Below, one piece after another: positions 9,439 through 18,353 of a stretch of 64,000 bases of DNA (its first letter is position 1; each line of letters opens with the position of its first letter). The DNA lies in contig DASZKZ010000056.1 of assembly GCA_035552595.1 (NCBI GenBank), forward strand, positions 207-64,206. The letters are read 5' to 3'. This DNA is from Candidatus Dormiibacterota bacterium (GTDB taxonomy: Bacteria; Chloroflexota; Dormibacteria; Aeolococcales; Aeolococcaceae). The position numbers and the translations under genes are program-made. The notes under the pieces are model-generated. The model saw nothing but the letters and a program-made list of their open reading frames with translations, ran no database searches and was not told the DNA's origin.

Positions 9439-10665
9439 TCACGCCGCGTCGACGACAAAGCTCGCCAGGGCGAGCTTCCGGGCGGCGTCGAGATCGACCT
9501 CGACACCGAGACCGGGACCGCTGGGCGCGCGCACGCTCCCATCGCTGACCGAGAAACCCTCCGGGGCGCTGGCGATCGGGTCCACGTCGACGACGTTGAG
9601 ACCGAGCACGAACTCCGCGGCCAGCGGCGGCGACGCCAGCGAGGAATAGAGATGGGCGCAGGCCGCCGCCTCCAGAAGGCTGCCGTGCGCGACCCCGCCG
9701 AGCGTGGTGCCCAGGCCGGAAGCCTCCGCCAGGGTGGCCATGCGTCGGACGCCGGCAAACCCCGCGCTCTTCCACAGCTTGAGCACCAGGCCGTCGCAGC
9801 AGCCCGCCGCGATCAGGCGCTGGACGTCGGACACGTGGATGGCGCTCTCGTCGATGAGCAGCGGCGCCAGGCCCTGGGCACGGAGCAGGCGCAGGCCCAC
9901 GTGGTCGTCACGGTGCAGCGGCTGCTCCACGTAAGCGACGTGCTCCGCATCGAGCGCGCGCAGGACGCGCAGCGTGGTGGCCAGGTCGTAGCCCTCGTTG
10001 GGGTCGATGCCGATCTCGACGTGGTCACCGACCTCCGCGCGTATCCGCTTGAAGGTGGCGATGTCCTCCTCCCAGCGGGCGCTCGGTCCCATCTTCAGGC
10101 AGAGGATGCGACAGCCGAACTCCGTGACGGCTCGAACCGCCTCCTCGAGCATGTTCTCCGGGGGATTGAGCGAGATCGACCAATCCATGGGGATCGGCGT
10201 CCTGGCGCCCCCCAGAAGCGAATAGATCGGCAAGCCAAAGGTGCGCCCGACCAGGTCGTGGAGCGCGATGTCGACTCCGGTGAGGGCCACGAGGTTGCCG
10301 GGAAGCAGATGGTCGAGCCTGGGGCCGATGAGCTCACGCTCCAGCGCATCGCTGCCGATGAGCGCGGGTCCGAAGTAGTGGCGGAGCGCCGCCACCACGC
10401 TGTCGGTGGTCTCGCCGAGCCACGGTGTCGGCGGGCGCACCTGGGCGAAACCGGACACCCCGTCAGTGCTCTCGATGCGGATGAGCACGGGGTCTCCCAC
10501 CCAGGGTCGCTCGTTGTCGCCGGCCACCACCCCCTTGGAGAGCGTGCGCCGGAAGTTGAGGCGGACCTTCATCGGCAGGATCTCGACTCGACGCACGGTC
10601 ACCCTCGGCGCCACCGCGGAGCCTGGGGACGGCGCCACCGTGTGCTGATCGGGAACGACACTCAT
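9439..10665 (-). CDS. Enolase-superfamily enzyme (mandelate racemase/muconate lactonizing family), paralog 2
   Basis: ..GVDIALHDLVGRTFGLPIYSLLGG..GIDPNEGY..YVEQPL..IDES... ATG 10665 is preceded by GGGAGGA about 10 nt upstream. Confidence 0.8.
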   Translation of the reverse strand: MSVVPDQHTVAPSPGSAVAPRVTVRRVEILPMKVRLNFRRTLSKGVVAGDNERPWVGDPVLIRIESTDGVSGFAQVRPPTPWLGETTDSVVAALRHYFGPALIGSDALERELIGPRLDHLLPGNLVALTGVDIALHDLVGRTFGLPIYSLLGGARTPIPMDWSISLNPPENMLEEAVRAVTEFGCRILCLKMGPSARWEEDIATFKRIRAEVGDHVEIGIDPNEGYDLATTLRVLRALDAEHVAYVEQPLHRDDHVGLRLLRAQGLAPLLIDESAIHVSDVQRLIAAGCCDGLVLKLWKSAGFAGVRRMATLAEASGLGTTLGGVAHGSLLEAAACAHLYSSLASPPLAAEFVLGLNVVDVDPIASAPEGFSVSDGSVRAPSGPGLGVEVDLDAARKLALASFVVDAA

Positions 10666-10735
10666 CTGTCCGCGGTCCTCCCTGGTTCTGTCCTCTTCCG
10701 ACGGCATCGATCGCAGCTGGGCACGTCTCCTCCCC

Positions 10736-12028
10736 TCAGGTCGCGCTGACCACGCCGACATCCACCGCGCGAGTGGGCCGTTCGCGCACCTGTCGCATCA
10801 ACAGCGCCCCCACCACCAGGGCGGCGGCCACGCACAACCAGCCCACCCGGTAGGAACCGCTGACATCGACGAGCAGCCCGAACGCGACCGGCCCACCGAA
10901 GATGCCCACCTGGCTGATGGTCATCCCGTAGGCGACCGAACGGCCGCGCTTGTCGCTCGGCGCGATCTCCGACAGGAGGGTGATGTACACACCGTTCCAA
11001 CCGATGACCGTGGCGCCCAGCGCGAACACAAATGGGAAGAGGGCGTATTGGGGCGTGGTGACCGGCAGCCACGCCAGGATCACGAAGCCGCCCGCTGCGA
11101 GCAGGCTCACCAGGATCAAGGGGCCACGCCGGTGGCGCTTGAAGGGGTGATCGCTGACCGTGCCCCAGGCCAGCCGTCCGACCACCCCGCCGATGTTGGC
11201 GGCGACCAGGAAGAGTGACCCTTCCGCGAGCGGCAGGTGCCAGCTCTCGTACAGATAGAGGGCGATGTAGCTCACCAGGACGAACTGGCCCAGGGTCAGG
11301 AAGATCCCGGCCAGGCCTATGAAGGTGGCGTCGCGGGTGGCCACCGCTCGCAGTGATCCGCGCTCCCGGCGGAGAGGGGCGCGCCTGGTCTGCGGCGCCC
11401 CGCTGACCCACAGGAAGCCGACCACAGCGCCGAGCACGGCGAGGCCCCCCGCAACCAGCAGCGCGACCCGCCAGCCGGCGGCGATGGCGATGGGCGGGAG
11501 GATCAGCGCGGCCAGCGCACCGCCGAGCGGGATGCCTGTCTGACGGATGCTCATGATGAAGCCGCGATCGCGCGCGGCGAACGCCGAGATGATCGCGGTG
11601 CTGCCCGCCGGCGTCGGCGTGGCGCCGGCGAGGCCCACGATGATGAGCAACGGCACCAGGAGGATGAAGCTGGGTGCGAACGCCGCCACCGCCGTCACCA
11701 GGCCGGTGGCGATCCCCCCGGCGACGAGCACGCGACGGTCGCCGAGGATGTCCACCGCCCATCCGGCGGGAAGCAGGGCCAGCATGGTGCCCAGGTTGAG
11801 CACGGTCGCGAAGATCCCCACCTCCGGACGCGTCAGCCCGAGGTCGAGCTTGGCGAAGGGCGCCAGCGCCGGGAAGCCCTGGGTCACGATCGAGATGGTC
11901 AGCTGGATGAGCAGCGCGGAGCCGAGGATTCGCCAGCGGGAGCGCTGTGCGCCCGGCCTGGTCGCCGCCACCGGGGACGCGGCAGATGGGGCCGCGGCGG
12001 GCGGTCGGGGTGGCGACGGCGCGGTCAT
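10736..12028 (-). CDS. MFS transporter (12-TMS type)
   Basis: 430 aa of hydrophobic repeats with the MFS loop motif AGWAVDILGDRRVLV. It overlaps the upstream gene by 4 nt. Confidence 0.8.
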   Translation of the reverse strand: MTAPSPPRPPAAAPSAASPVAATRPGAQRSRWRILGSALLIQLTISIVTQGFPALAPFAKLDLGLTRPEVGIFATVLNLGTMLALLPAGWAVDILGDRRVLVAGGIATGLVTAVAAFAPSFILLVPLLIIVGLAGATPTPAGSTAIISAFAARDRGFIMSIRQTGIPLGGALAALILPPIAIAAGWRVALLVAGGLAVLGAVVGFLWVSGAPQTRRAPLRRERGSLRAVATRDATFIGLAGIFLTLGQFVLVSYIALYLYESWHLPLAEGSLFLVAANIGGVVGRLAWGTVSDHPFKRHRRGPLILVSLLAAGGFVILAWLPVTTPQYALFPFVFALGATVIGWNGVYITLLSEIAPSDKRGRSVAYGMTISQVGIFGGPVAFGLLVDVSGSYRVGWLCVAAALVVGALLMRQVRERPTRAVDVGVVSAT

Positions 12029-13425
12029 CGCGCGACGGCGTGCGGCTGCGCCCGGGCCGCGTGCACCCCGGCGCGCAGGCCGGTGACCAGCGCGGCGGAC
12101 AGTCCTCCCGCGTAGCCAACATTGGAGATCCGTCCGACGTCGGCGCCGGCCACGAACAGCCCCGGCACCGGCCGGCCGTCGCGGTCGAGCGCCCGCCCCT
12201 GGGGATCAACCCGAAGGCCGCCTTCGGTGAAGGTCACGCCGGGGATCACCCGCACCGCATGGTAGGGCGCCTCCCGCAGCGTGTGCAGACCCGAAGCCCG
12301 CGGCATCGGCAGGGCGCCCGCGTCGCCGCGCTCGGCGGCGGCGTCGAAGCCGACGATGGTGGCCAGCGCAACCGACTGCGGCACTCCGAAGTCGGCGAGC
12401 CGGCGGCAGAGCGCTTCACGGCTCTCCGCCTGCAGAACCGTTCCACCGGCGGCGCGGACCGCTTCCAGCGGGTCCCTGGGGAGCAGGTCCGGGATGAACG
12501 ACTCCATGACACGGTCGCGACGCCCCGCCTCGTCGAGGACGATGAACCCGGTGGCCTCCGTCTGCCTGAGAAGCTCGAGCCCGCAGACCGCGTCACCGCG
12601 ACTCTCGTCCACGAAGCGGACCCCGTGGAGGTTGAGGAGCAGGCACACCTCCACGTAGAACTGGGTCATGGGCCGGAACGCGGCCGGCTCCATGGGACCG
12701 GGCAGGGCCGGCATCACATGCGCGTACACGGCGTTGAGGCCGCCGCTGGTGGCCGCGCCCGCATCCACGGCGAGGCGGAAGCCGTCTCCTGTGCACGAGG
12801 GGCTGGCACGGAGCAGGGCGCGGTCCGACCACGGGCTCACGTGGCGGCTCATCAGCTCCACGTCTCCCTGGAATCCACCGGAGGCGACCACCACCGCGGT
12901 GGTCTTTACCGTCTCGGCTCCGCGCGGGCCTTGCACGCGGACTCCGATCACCGCACCATCACCGTCCTGCTCCAGGCCGACCACGCGCGATCGGCAGCTC
13001 ACCGTGCCGCCCCGGGCCTCGAGCGACTCCACCAGGGGGCGCACGGCACCGGACACCGGGTCCGGCTCGACCCGGTAACCGGCGCCGGCGCGATCGGGGC
13101 CGAGCTCCTGGTGGAGCGGACCGAGCCGCACCTGATGAGCGCGCAGCCACTCGATCCCGGTGTCGAAATCCTCGACCAGGGCTCGCCCCAGCGCCTGGTC
13201 GCCGTGCGGGATCAGGCGCATGTACTCATCGACCGAGGGGAGCGTCCACACGTAGCCTCCCGACAGCGCCAGCGATCCCCCGGGCTGATCGGTCTTCTCC
13301 AGCACGGTCACGCGGGCCCCGTCCTCAGCGGCGGCGAGCGCCGCGACCAGGCCTCCCATGCCCGCACCGCACACCACCACGTCCGTCTCCCACCGCGAAT
13401 CCGGGGAGCTCGCCGGGTTGGTCAT
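12025..13425 (-). CDS. FAD-dependent oxidoreductase (fumarate reductase / TcuA / KstD-like flavoprotein)
   Basis: DVVVCGAGMGGLVAALAAAEDGARVTVLEK (Rossmann fold) and a C-terminal VTFTEGGLRVD..GLFVAGADVG. Confidence 0.8.
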   Translation of the reverse strand: MTNPASSPDSRWETDVVVCGAGMGGLVAALAAAEDGARVTVLEKTDQPGGSLALSGGYVWTLPSVDEYMRLIPHGDQALGRALVEDFDTGIEWLRAHQVRLGPLHQELGPDRAGAGYRVEPDPVSGAVRPLVESLEARGGTVSCRSRVVGLEQDGDGAVIGVRVQGPRGAETVKTTAVVVASGGFQGDVELMSRHVSPWSDRALLRASPSCTGDGFRLAVDAGAATSGGLNAVYAHVMPALPGPMEPAAFRPMTQFYVEVCLLLNLHGVRFVDESRGDAVCGLELLRQTEATGFIVLDEAGRRDRVMESFIPDLLPRDPLEAVRAAGGTVLQAESREALCRRLADFGVPQSVALATIVGFDAAAERGDAGALPMPRASGLHTLREAPYHAVRVIPGVTFTEGGLRVDPQGRALDRDGRPVPGLFVAGADVGRISNVGYAGGLSAALVTGLRAGVHAARAQPHAVAR

Positions 13426-13440
13426 GCGCGCAGGTGGATA

Positions 13441-14142
13441 TCAGCCGACCAGGATGCGGGCGACTTCGTCGCTGCGACGCAGCTCCGCCGCCTTCCCCGA
13501 GGAGACATTGCGACCCTGGGCGAGCAGGTACACCGAGTCGGCGTGGTCCATGGCCATGCTGGCGTTCTGCTCCACCACGAGCAGGCCCACCCCGAGCTCG
13601 CGGATGCGGTCGATCTGCTCCCAGACGCGCTCGGCATAGAGTGGTGAGAGCCCGGCCGTGGGCTCGTCGAGGATGGCCACCTTGGGTTCGGTCATGAGCA
13701 GCCTGGCCAGCGCCAGCATCCGCTGCTGCCCGCCCGACAGGGTCCCGCTCTTCTTCTGACGGTCCTTGGCGAGATCGGGGAAGAGCTCGAGAACTGTGTC
13801 GATGCGGGCCTGCATGGTGTTGCGCAGGGTGTACCCGCCCATCTGGAGGTTTTCGAGCACCGACATCTGATCGAAGATGTTCATGAGCTGCGGCAGGTAG
13901 CCGACGCCACGCCGCACCAGCTTGTGCGGGCCCATGCCGGTGACGTCCTCGCCGTTCAGCTCGACGCGTCCTGATGAGACGGTGAGCAGGCCCATGATGG
14001 CCTTCGCCAGGGTCGACTTCCCCGCTCCGTTGGGCCCCAGGATCACGGTGGTGGCCCGTGCCTCGGCGTGGACCGTCACCCTGTCGAGGATGGGGGGGCC
14101 GTCGTATCCGGCGGTCACGTCGACGGCGCTCAGCTCAGGCAT
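13441..14142 (-). CDS. ABC transporter ATP-binding protein (LivF-like)
   Basis: Walker A GPNGAGKST, signature LSGGQQRML, Walker B ILDEP. Confidence 0.9.
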   Translation of the reverse strand: MPELSAVDVTAGYDGPPILDRVTVHAEARATTVILGPNGAGKSTLAKAIMGLLTVSSGRVELNGEDVTGMGPHKLVRRGVGYLPQLMNIFDQMSVLENLQMGGYTLRNTMQARIDTVLELFPDLAKDRQKKSGTLSGGQQRMLALARLLMTEPKVAILDEPTAGLSPLYAERVWEQIDRIRELGVGLLVVEQNASMAMDHADSVYLLAQGRNVSSGKAAELRRSDEVARILVG

Positions 14143-14952
14143 TCAGGCACTCCCGACCTGCTCGCCGAGCTCGGGGCGAGCGTTGCTGGCGCCGAGATAG
14201 GCGGCGATGACCTCCTGGTGGGTGCGGACGACCTCGAGGGGACCGCGCGTCAGCACCCTTCCCTCCGCCATGACGACCACGTCGTCAGCGACGGTGGAGA
14301 GGAATCCCATGTTGTGGGCGATGAGCAGGATGCCGACACCCTGCTTGGCGATCTCCCGCACCCTGGTGGCGATGAGACGGCTGGTCTCCGGGAAGACGCC
14401 TGCGGTCGGCTCGTCGAGGAGGAGGAGCTTGGGATGCGCCATCAGGGCGCGCGCGATCTCCATCAGCCGTCTCTGGCCGCCGCTCAGCGTGCCCGCCGGT
14501 GCCAGGAGATGATCACGGAGGCCGAGCCAGTCGAGAAGCTCGGTGGCCTCCTCGCGCAACGCCGCCTCCTGCTTCCTCCAGCTGCTCCGCCAGAAGATCG
14601 CCTTCAGCGGGCTCTCCCCGACCTGGTTCCCCGCCGCCACCATGACGTTCTCGATGACCGGAAGGCGAGGCAGGACACGGGCCGTCTGGAAGGTGCGCGC
14701 GATGCCCATCTGGGCAACGCGTGGAGGCCCGAATCCGGCCGTGTCGACGCCCTGGTAGAGGATGGAGCCACGGTGCGGGGTGAGCGTCCCGCTGAGCAGC
14801 TCGATCAGGGTCGACTTGCCCGCCCCGTTGGGGCCGATCAGCCCGGTGACCGCCCCCCGGTCGATGGTGAAGCTGGCCCCGTTGACCGCCCACACCCCAC
14901 CGTAGTGGAAGGCGAGGTCACGAATGTCGACGATCGGCTCTTCGCTGGTCAT
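14143..14952 (-). CDS. ABC transporter ATP-binding protein (LivG-like)
   Basis: GLIGPNGAGKSTL, LSGGQRRLMEIARAL, LLLDEP. Confidence 0.9.
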   Translation of the reverse strand: MTSEEPIVDIRDLAFHYGGVWAVNGASFTIDRGAVTGLIGPNGAGKSTLIELLSGTLTPHRGSILYQGVDTAGFGPPRVAQMGIARTFQTARVLPRLPVIENVMVAAGNQVGESPLKAIFWRSSWRKQEAALREEATELLDWLGLRDHLLAPAGTLSGGQRRLMEIARALMAHPKLLLLDEPTAGVFPETSRLIATRVREIAKQGVGILLIAHNMGFLSTVADDVVVMAEGRVLTRGPLEVVRTHQEVIAAYLGASNARPELGEQVGSA

Positions 14953-14967
14953 GCGTGCTCCTGCGGC

Positions 14968-15957
14968 TCAGGGAACATTTCGGCGGAGTGCGGGGAATCG
15001 TCTCACCACGTTGCCCGCTCCGACCCTGTACCAGCGCAGCCACCGCTCGGGGATGAGGCCTTCGGGACGGTAGCGCAGCACCAGGATGAGAGCGACACCG
15101 ATGACGATTGCCCGGATCGCTCCGGCGTCGGCGGGATTGCCGAACGTGGGCGAGTAGCGGGACAGTTCGGCGAGGCCCTCGATGACCACGAAGGCGCCGA
15201 GCATCGCTCCCCAGTAGTTGCCCGATCCACCGATGATCAGCGAGGAGAGGAGGAAGAAGGACTCGATGGGCAGGAATGCCCCGGGATTCCACGCTGAGAT
15301 ATAGAGGACGAAGAGGCCTCCAGCGATGCCGGCCATGAAGCTGCCGATCACGAAGATCCAGAGCTGTGGCCGCCAGGAGGCGTGGCCGAAGGCGGTGGTC
15401 ACCGCCTCGTCCTCCCTGATGCCGCGCAGCAGCCTCCCGAAGGGCGACCGGAAGATCCGCTGGGAGACCCACACGAAGAGCGCCAGGATCACCGCTGTGA
15501 CCGCCAGCATCACCAGCGAGTACCCCTCGGAGCTGATGCTCAGGTTCCCGGTGATCGGGGGGACGTTGAACAACCCGGTGCCCCCATCGAAGAGGGGGGT
15601 GAAGCTGTTGACGACGTTGAGCATGATGAAGGCCGCGGAGACCGTCACGATGGCCAGGTAGTCGCTGCGCAGGCGGCGCACGGTGAACGCGAAGATGACC
15701 ACGCTGACCGCCGCGGCGACCAGCCCACCGAGGATCAGGCCGACCCACCACGGCAGGGTCCAGCCGAAGATGTAGGTGACCCCCGGGAAGGTGGGCGATC
15801 CCATGGTGGTCACCGCCGCGATGTACGCACCGATGGCGACGTACATGTAGAACGCGAAGTTGAGCAGGCCCGCGTACCCGTAGTGGAGGTTGAGGCCGAC
15901 GACCATGATGGCGTTGATGCATCCCAGGACGAGCAGGTCGGTGAAGAAGAACAGCAT
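14968..15957 (-). CDS. ABC transporter permease (LivM-like)
   Basis: The hydrophobic protein begins MLFFFTDLLVLGCINAIMVVGLNL. ATG 15957 shares one base with the LivH-like stop (TGATG). The upstream 112 codons of the ORF are an artefact. Confidence 0.85.
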   Translation of the reverse strand: MLFFFTDLLVLGCINAIMVVGLNLHYGYAGLLNFAFYMYVAIGAYIAAVTTMGSPTFPGVTYIFGWTLPWWVGLILGGLVAAAVSVVIFAFTVRRLRSDYLAIVTVSAAFIMLNVVNSFTPLFDGGTGLFNVPPITGNLSISSEGYSLVMLAVTAVILALFVWVSQRIFRSPFGRLLRGIREDEAVTTAFGHASWRPQLWIFVIGSFMAGIAGGLFVLYISAWNPGAFLPIESFFLLSSLIIGGSGNYWGAMLGAFVVIEGLAELSRYSPTFGNPADAGAIRAIVIGVALILVLRYRPEGLIPERWLRWYRVGAGNVVRRFPALRRNVP

Positions 15958-16832
15958 CAGCTCGTCTTCGAGCTTCCGGCGAAGAGGCCCTGGGGACGGA
16001 ACAGGAGCAGGATGATGACCACCGCGAAGGCGATCGACGTCTTGTAGGCGGAGTTGACGTACATGCCCGAGACCTCCGTGAGAACGCCCACCACCAGCGC
16101 TCCGAGCATGGCGCCGTAGGGCTTGCCGATGCCTCCCAGGATGACGGCGCCGAAGATGATGAACAGCTCCACGAATCCGGTGGTCGGATCCAGCGTGCCC
16201 TCCTGGAGCACCAGCCCGACGCCGGCCACGGCGGTGAGCAGGCCGGCCAGGAACCAGGTGATGGTGATGACCCGATCGGAGTCGATGCCACATGCCTGGG
16301 CCAGGTCGATGTTGTTGGAGGTGGCCCGCAGGGACTTGCCGAACCTCGTGTAGCTGAGCATGACGTGGAGCAGGGCCAGGAGCCCGACCGCGGCGCCGAT
16401 CATCAGGAGGTCGCCGGGGGTGAACACCAACGGCCCGATGTTGAACGAGTTCCCCAGCGTGACGTTGAACCGCACCGGCTCTGTGCTCCAGATCAGGGTG
16501 ATGCCGTTCTGCACGATGAACGACAGGCCGACACCGGCGATCAGGAGCGTCACCGTGCGGACGCGGCGACGCATGAACGGCCGGAAGATGAACACGTTGG
16601 CGGCTATCCCCAGCAGGCCGGTGGCCACGCCACCGAGCAGGACCGCCAGGAAGATGTTGACCCCGTGCTGTGCCGTCGTCCAGGCGATGTAGGCACCGAA
16701 GGTGAGGAAGTCACCGTAGGCGAAGTTGATGAAGTTGGTGACGCTCACCTGCAGGGAGACGGCCACCGCGGCCAGCGCCAGGATCGACGCCGTGACCAGC
16801 CCGAATCCGACTGCCTCGATCAGCCGAGCCAT
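15957..16832 (-). CDS. ABC transporter permease (LivH-like)
   Basis: 291-aa polytopic membrane protein; GGAGG lies 8 nt upstream of the ATG. Confidence 0.85.
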   Translation of the reverse strand: MARLIEAVGFGLVTASILALAAVAVSLQVSVTNFINFAYGDFLTFGAYIAWTTAQHGVNIFLAVLLGGVATGLLGIAANVFIFRPFMRRRVRTVTLLIAGVGLSFIVQNGITLIWSTEPVRFNVTLGNSFNIGPLVFTPGDLLMIGAAVGLLALLHVMLSYTRFGKSLRATSNNIDLAQACGIDSDRVITITWFLAGLLTAVAGVGLVLQEGTLDPTTGFVELFIIFGAVILGGIGKPYGAMLGALVVGVLTEVSGMYVNSAYKTSIAFAVVIILLLFRPQGLFAGSSKTS

Positions 16833-16833
16833 C

Positions 16834-16859
16834 GGCGCGCCCTCCTTCGAGTGCGCGCC
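16834..16859 (-). promoter_or_regulatory. Intercistronic stem-loop enclosing the permease Shine-Dalgarno
   Basis: GGCGCGC (16834-16840) and GCGCGCC (16853-16859) form 7-bp arms. The 12-nt loop carries the complement of GGAGG, 8 nt before ATG 16832. Confidence 0.3.
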
Positions 16860-16901
16860 GATGTCCGGCCCGGTGTGATGGATGCCATTGCCCTGACCCT
16901 C

Positions 16902-18173
16902 TCAGATACCGAGAGCCTTCTGGATCTGCTGCGGGGTGAGCGTCCCGACCGAGGTGGAGGACCCGTCCGCGTTGTAATGGATGATGTCGAAGGGGCCAAA
17001 GACGTTGTGATGGGCGTCGAAGTCGACGCTGCTCGCCGCCCCACCGAAGTTGATCGACTTGCCCGACTTGAGGAGAGCGAGGCACGTCGGGTAGTCGAAG
17101 CACGCCGTGCCCGGACCGTTGGCCACCTTGAGGATGCCCTGCTCGACCCCCGGTGAGCTGGTGGTGCCGGCCTGCTGCACGCCCAGTGCCCACACGGTCA
17201 CCGCGTCGTAGAGGTAGGTCTCACCATTGTTGACCGAGGTGGCGCCGGTGTACTTCTTGAGGGCGGCGGCGAAGTTGGGGTAGCCCGCATTCTCGCTACC
17301 GGAGTTGGCGATGTACACGGCTCCGGCCGCAACGGAGGGGCCGACCGTGGTGGGGAACTCGGCTGCGAACCAGAGGTTGCTGGCCACCCACGGGGTGCTC
17401 AGCAGATTCTGCTGCTTGAGCTCGCTGAACATGGTGCCGGTGGAGGGGATGTCGAACTGCGCCAGGATGGCCTGCGGCTGCTGGGAGAAGAGCTGCTGGA
17501 TCTCGCTGCGGAAGCTGGTCGCCCCGATGGCGACGGTCACCTGGTTGGTGATGGTCATGCCCAGCTTGGAGGCCGCCGCCTGGATGCCCGGGACCAGCGA
17601 CTGGTCCGCGGAGGTGTTGCCGATGGCCAGGGCCACCTTGTTCCACCCCTTGCTGTGCGCGTACACCGCCATCGCGTAGGCCTGCTCGGTATCGGAGGGC
17701 GACATGCGGAAGAAGTGCGAATCGGTCTCGTTGTCGAAGGCACCCCCGCCCCCCCACATGAGATTGGGGATGTTGGCCTTGGCCGCGAGCGGGAGGACGA
17801 CCGAGTCGGTCAGCGAGGTCGGTCCCACGATGCCGACGACGTTGTCCGAGTTGATCTCCTTCTGGGTTGCGGGCACGGCGTCACCGGGGTCCGCCGCATC
17901 GTCCTGGACCACCAGGTTGAGCTTGCCACCGAGGACTCCGCCGTTGGCATTGATGACGTCGACGGCGACGTTGGCGCCCGTGACCATGCCCTGTCCCACG
18001 GTGGCTCGCGCTCCCGTCAGAGGACCGACCAAACCGAGGTTCACCGGGCTGCCCCCACTGGAGGACCCACCGCCCGTCGACGACGAACCACACGCCGCGA
18101 CCACGAGCAAACTGGCGGCCACGGCTGCGGTGCTGACCACCCGCCGGGTTCCAATTCTTGCCACTGTGCACAC
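16902..18173 (-). CDS. ABC transporter substrate-binding lipoprotein (Leu/Ile/Val-binding-protein family; ligand unknown)
   Basis: Signal peptide with lipobox LLVVAAC-GSSS followed by a type-I periplasmic-binding fold. The true start may be GTG 18164, which is 9 nt after GGGAG. Confidence 0.85.
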   Translation of the reverse strand: MCTVARIGTRRVVSTAAVAASLLVVAACGSSSTGGGSSSGGSPVNLGLVGPLTGARATVGQGMVTGANVAVDVINANGGVLGGKLNLVVQDDAADPGDAVPATQKEINSDNVVGIVGPTSLTDSVVLPLAAKANIPNLMWGGGGAFDNETDSHFFRMSPSDTEQAYAMAVYAHSKGWNKVALAIGNTSADQSLVPGIQAAASKLGMTITNQVTVAIGATSFRSEIQQLFSQQPQAILAQFDIPSTGTMFSELKQQNLLSTPWVASNLWFAAEFPTTVGPSVAAGAVYIANSGSENAGYPNFAAALKKYTGATSVNNGETYLYDAVTVWALGVQQAGTTSSPGVEQGILKVANGPGTACFDYPTCLALLKSGKSINFGGAASSVDFDAHHNVFGPFDIIHYNADGSSTSVGTLTPQQIQKALGI

Positions 18174-18287
18174 TCCCTCACGCCGGAACCGGCGTCACAC
18201 TTGGCGGACATCCCTGGAAGGTTTCGAGCACCGGAGCCAGTCCCCCAACCCGGGCCCAGGAGCACCCCGTGGGAAGATCAGGAGCGC

Positions 18288-18316
18288 AGGATAGGCAGTC
18301 GTGGGGCCACTGTCAA
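18288..18316 (-). promoter_or_regulatory. Sigma-70-like promoter candidate for the ABC importer operon
   Basis: On the minus strand TTGACA (18316-18311), a 17-nt spacer, then TATCCT (18293-18288). This implies a leader of about 110 nt. Confidence 0.35.
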
Positions 18317-18323
18317 GACTTCT

Positions 18324-18337
18324 CGATAGAATATATG
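18324..18337. promoter_or_regulatory. AT-rich motif copy (b), CGATAGAATATATG, upstream of the ABC importer operon
   Basis: The reverse complement contains TATATTCTATCG, identical over 12 nt to copy (d). It lies 8 nt upstream of a TTGACA -35 box. Confidence 0.4.
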
Positions 18338-18353
18338 TGGTGGTCATGCGCAC

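Noticed and set aside
7252-13647. Long plus-strand ORFs (7252-8676, 9199-10749, 11947-13647) and the minus-strand ORF 10662-12209
   Set aside because: All lie antisense or out of frame relative to genes with strong family signatures (PrpD, enolase, MFS, flavoprotein). Their translations are dominated by R/G/P/A/H.
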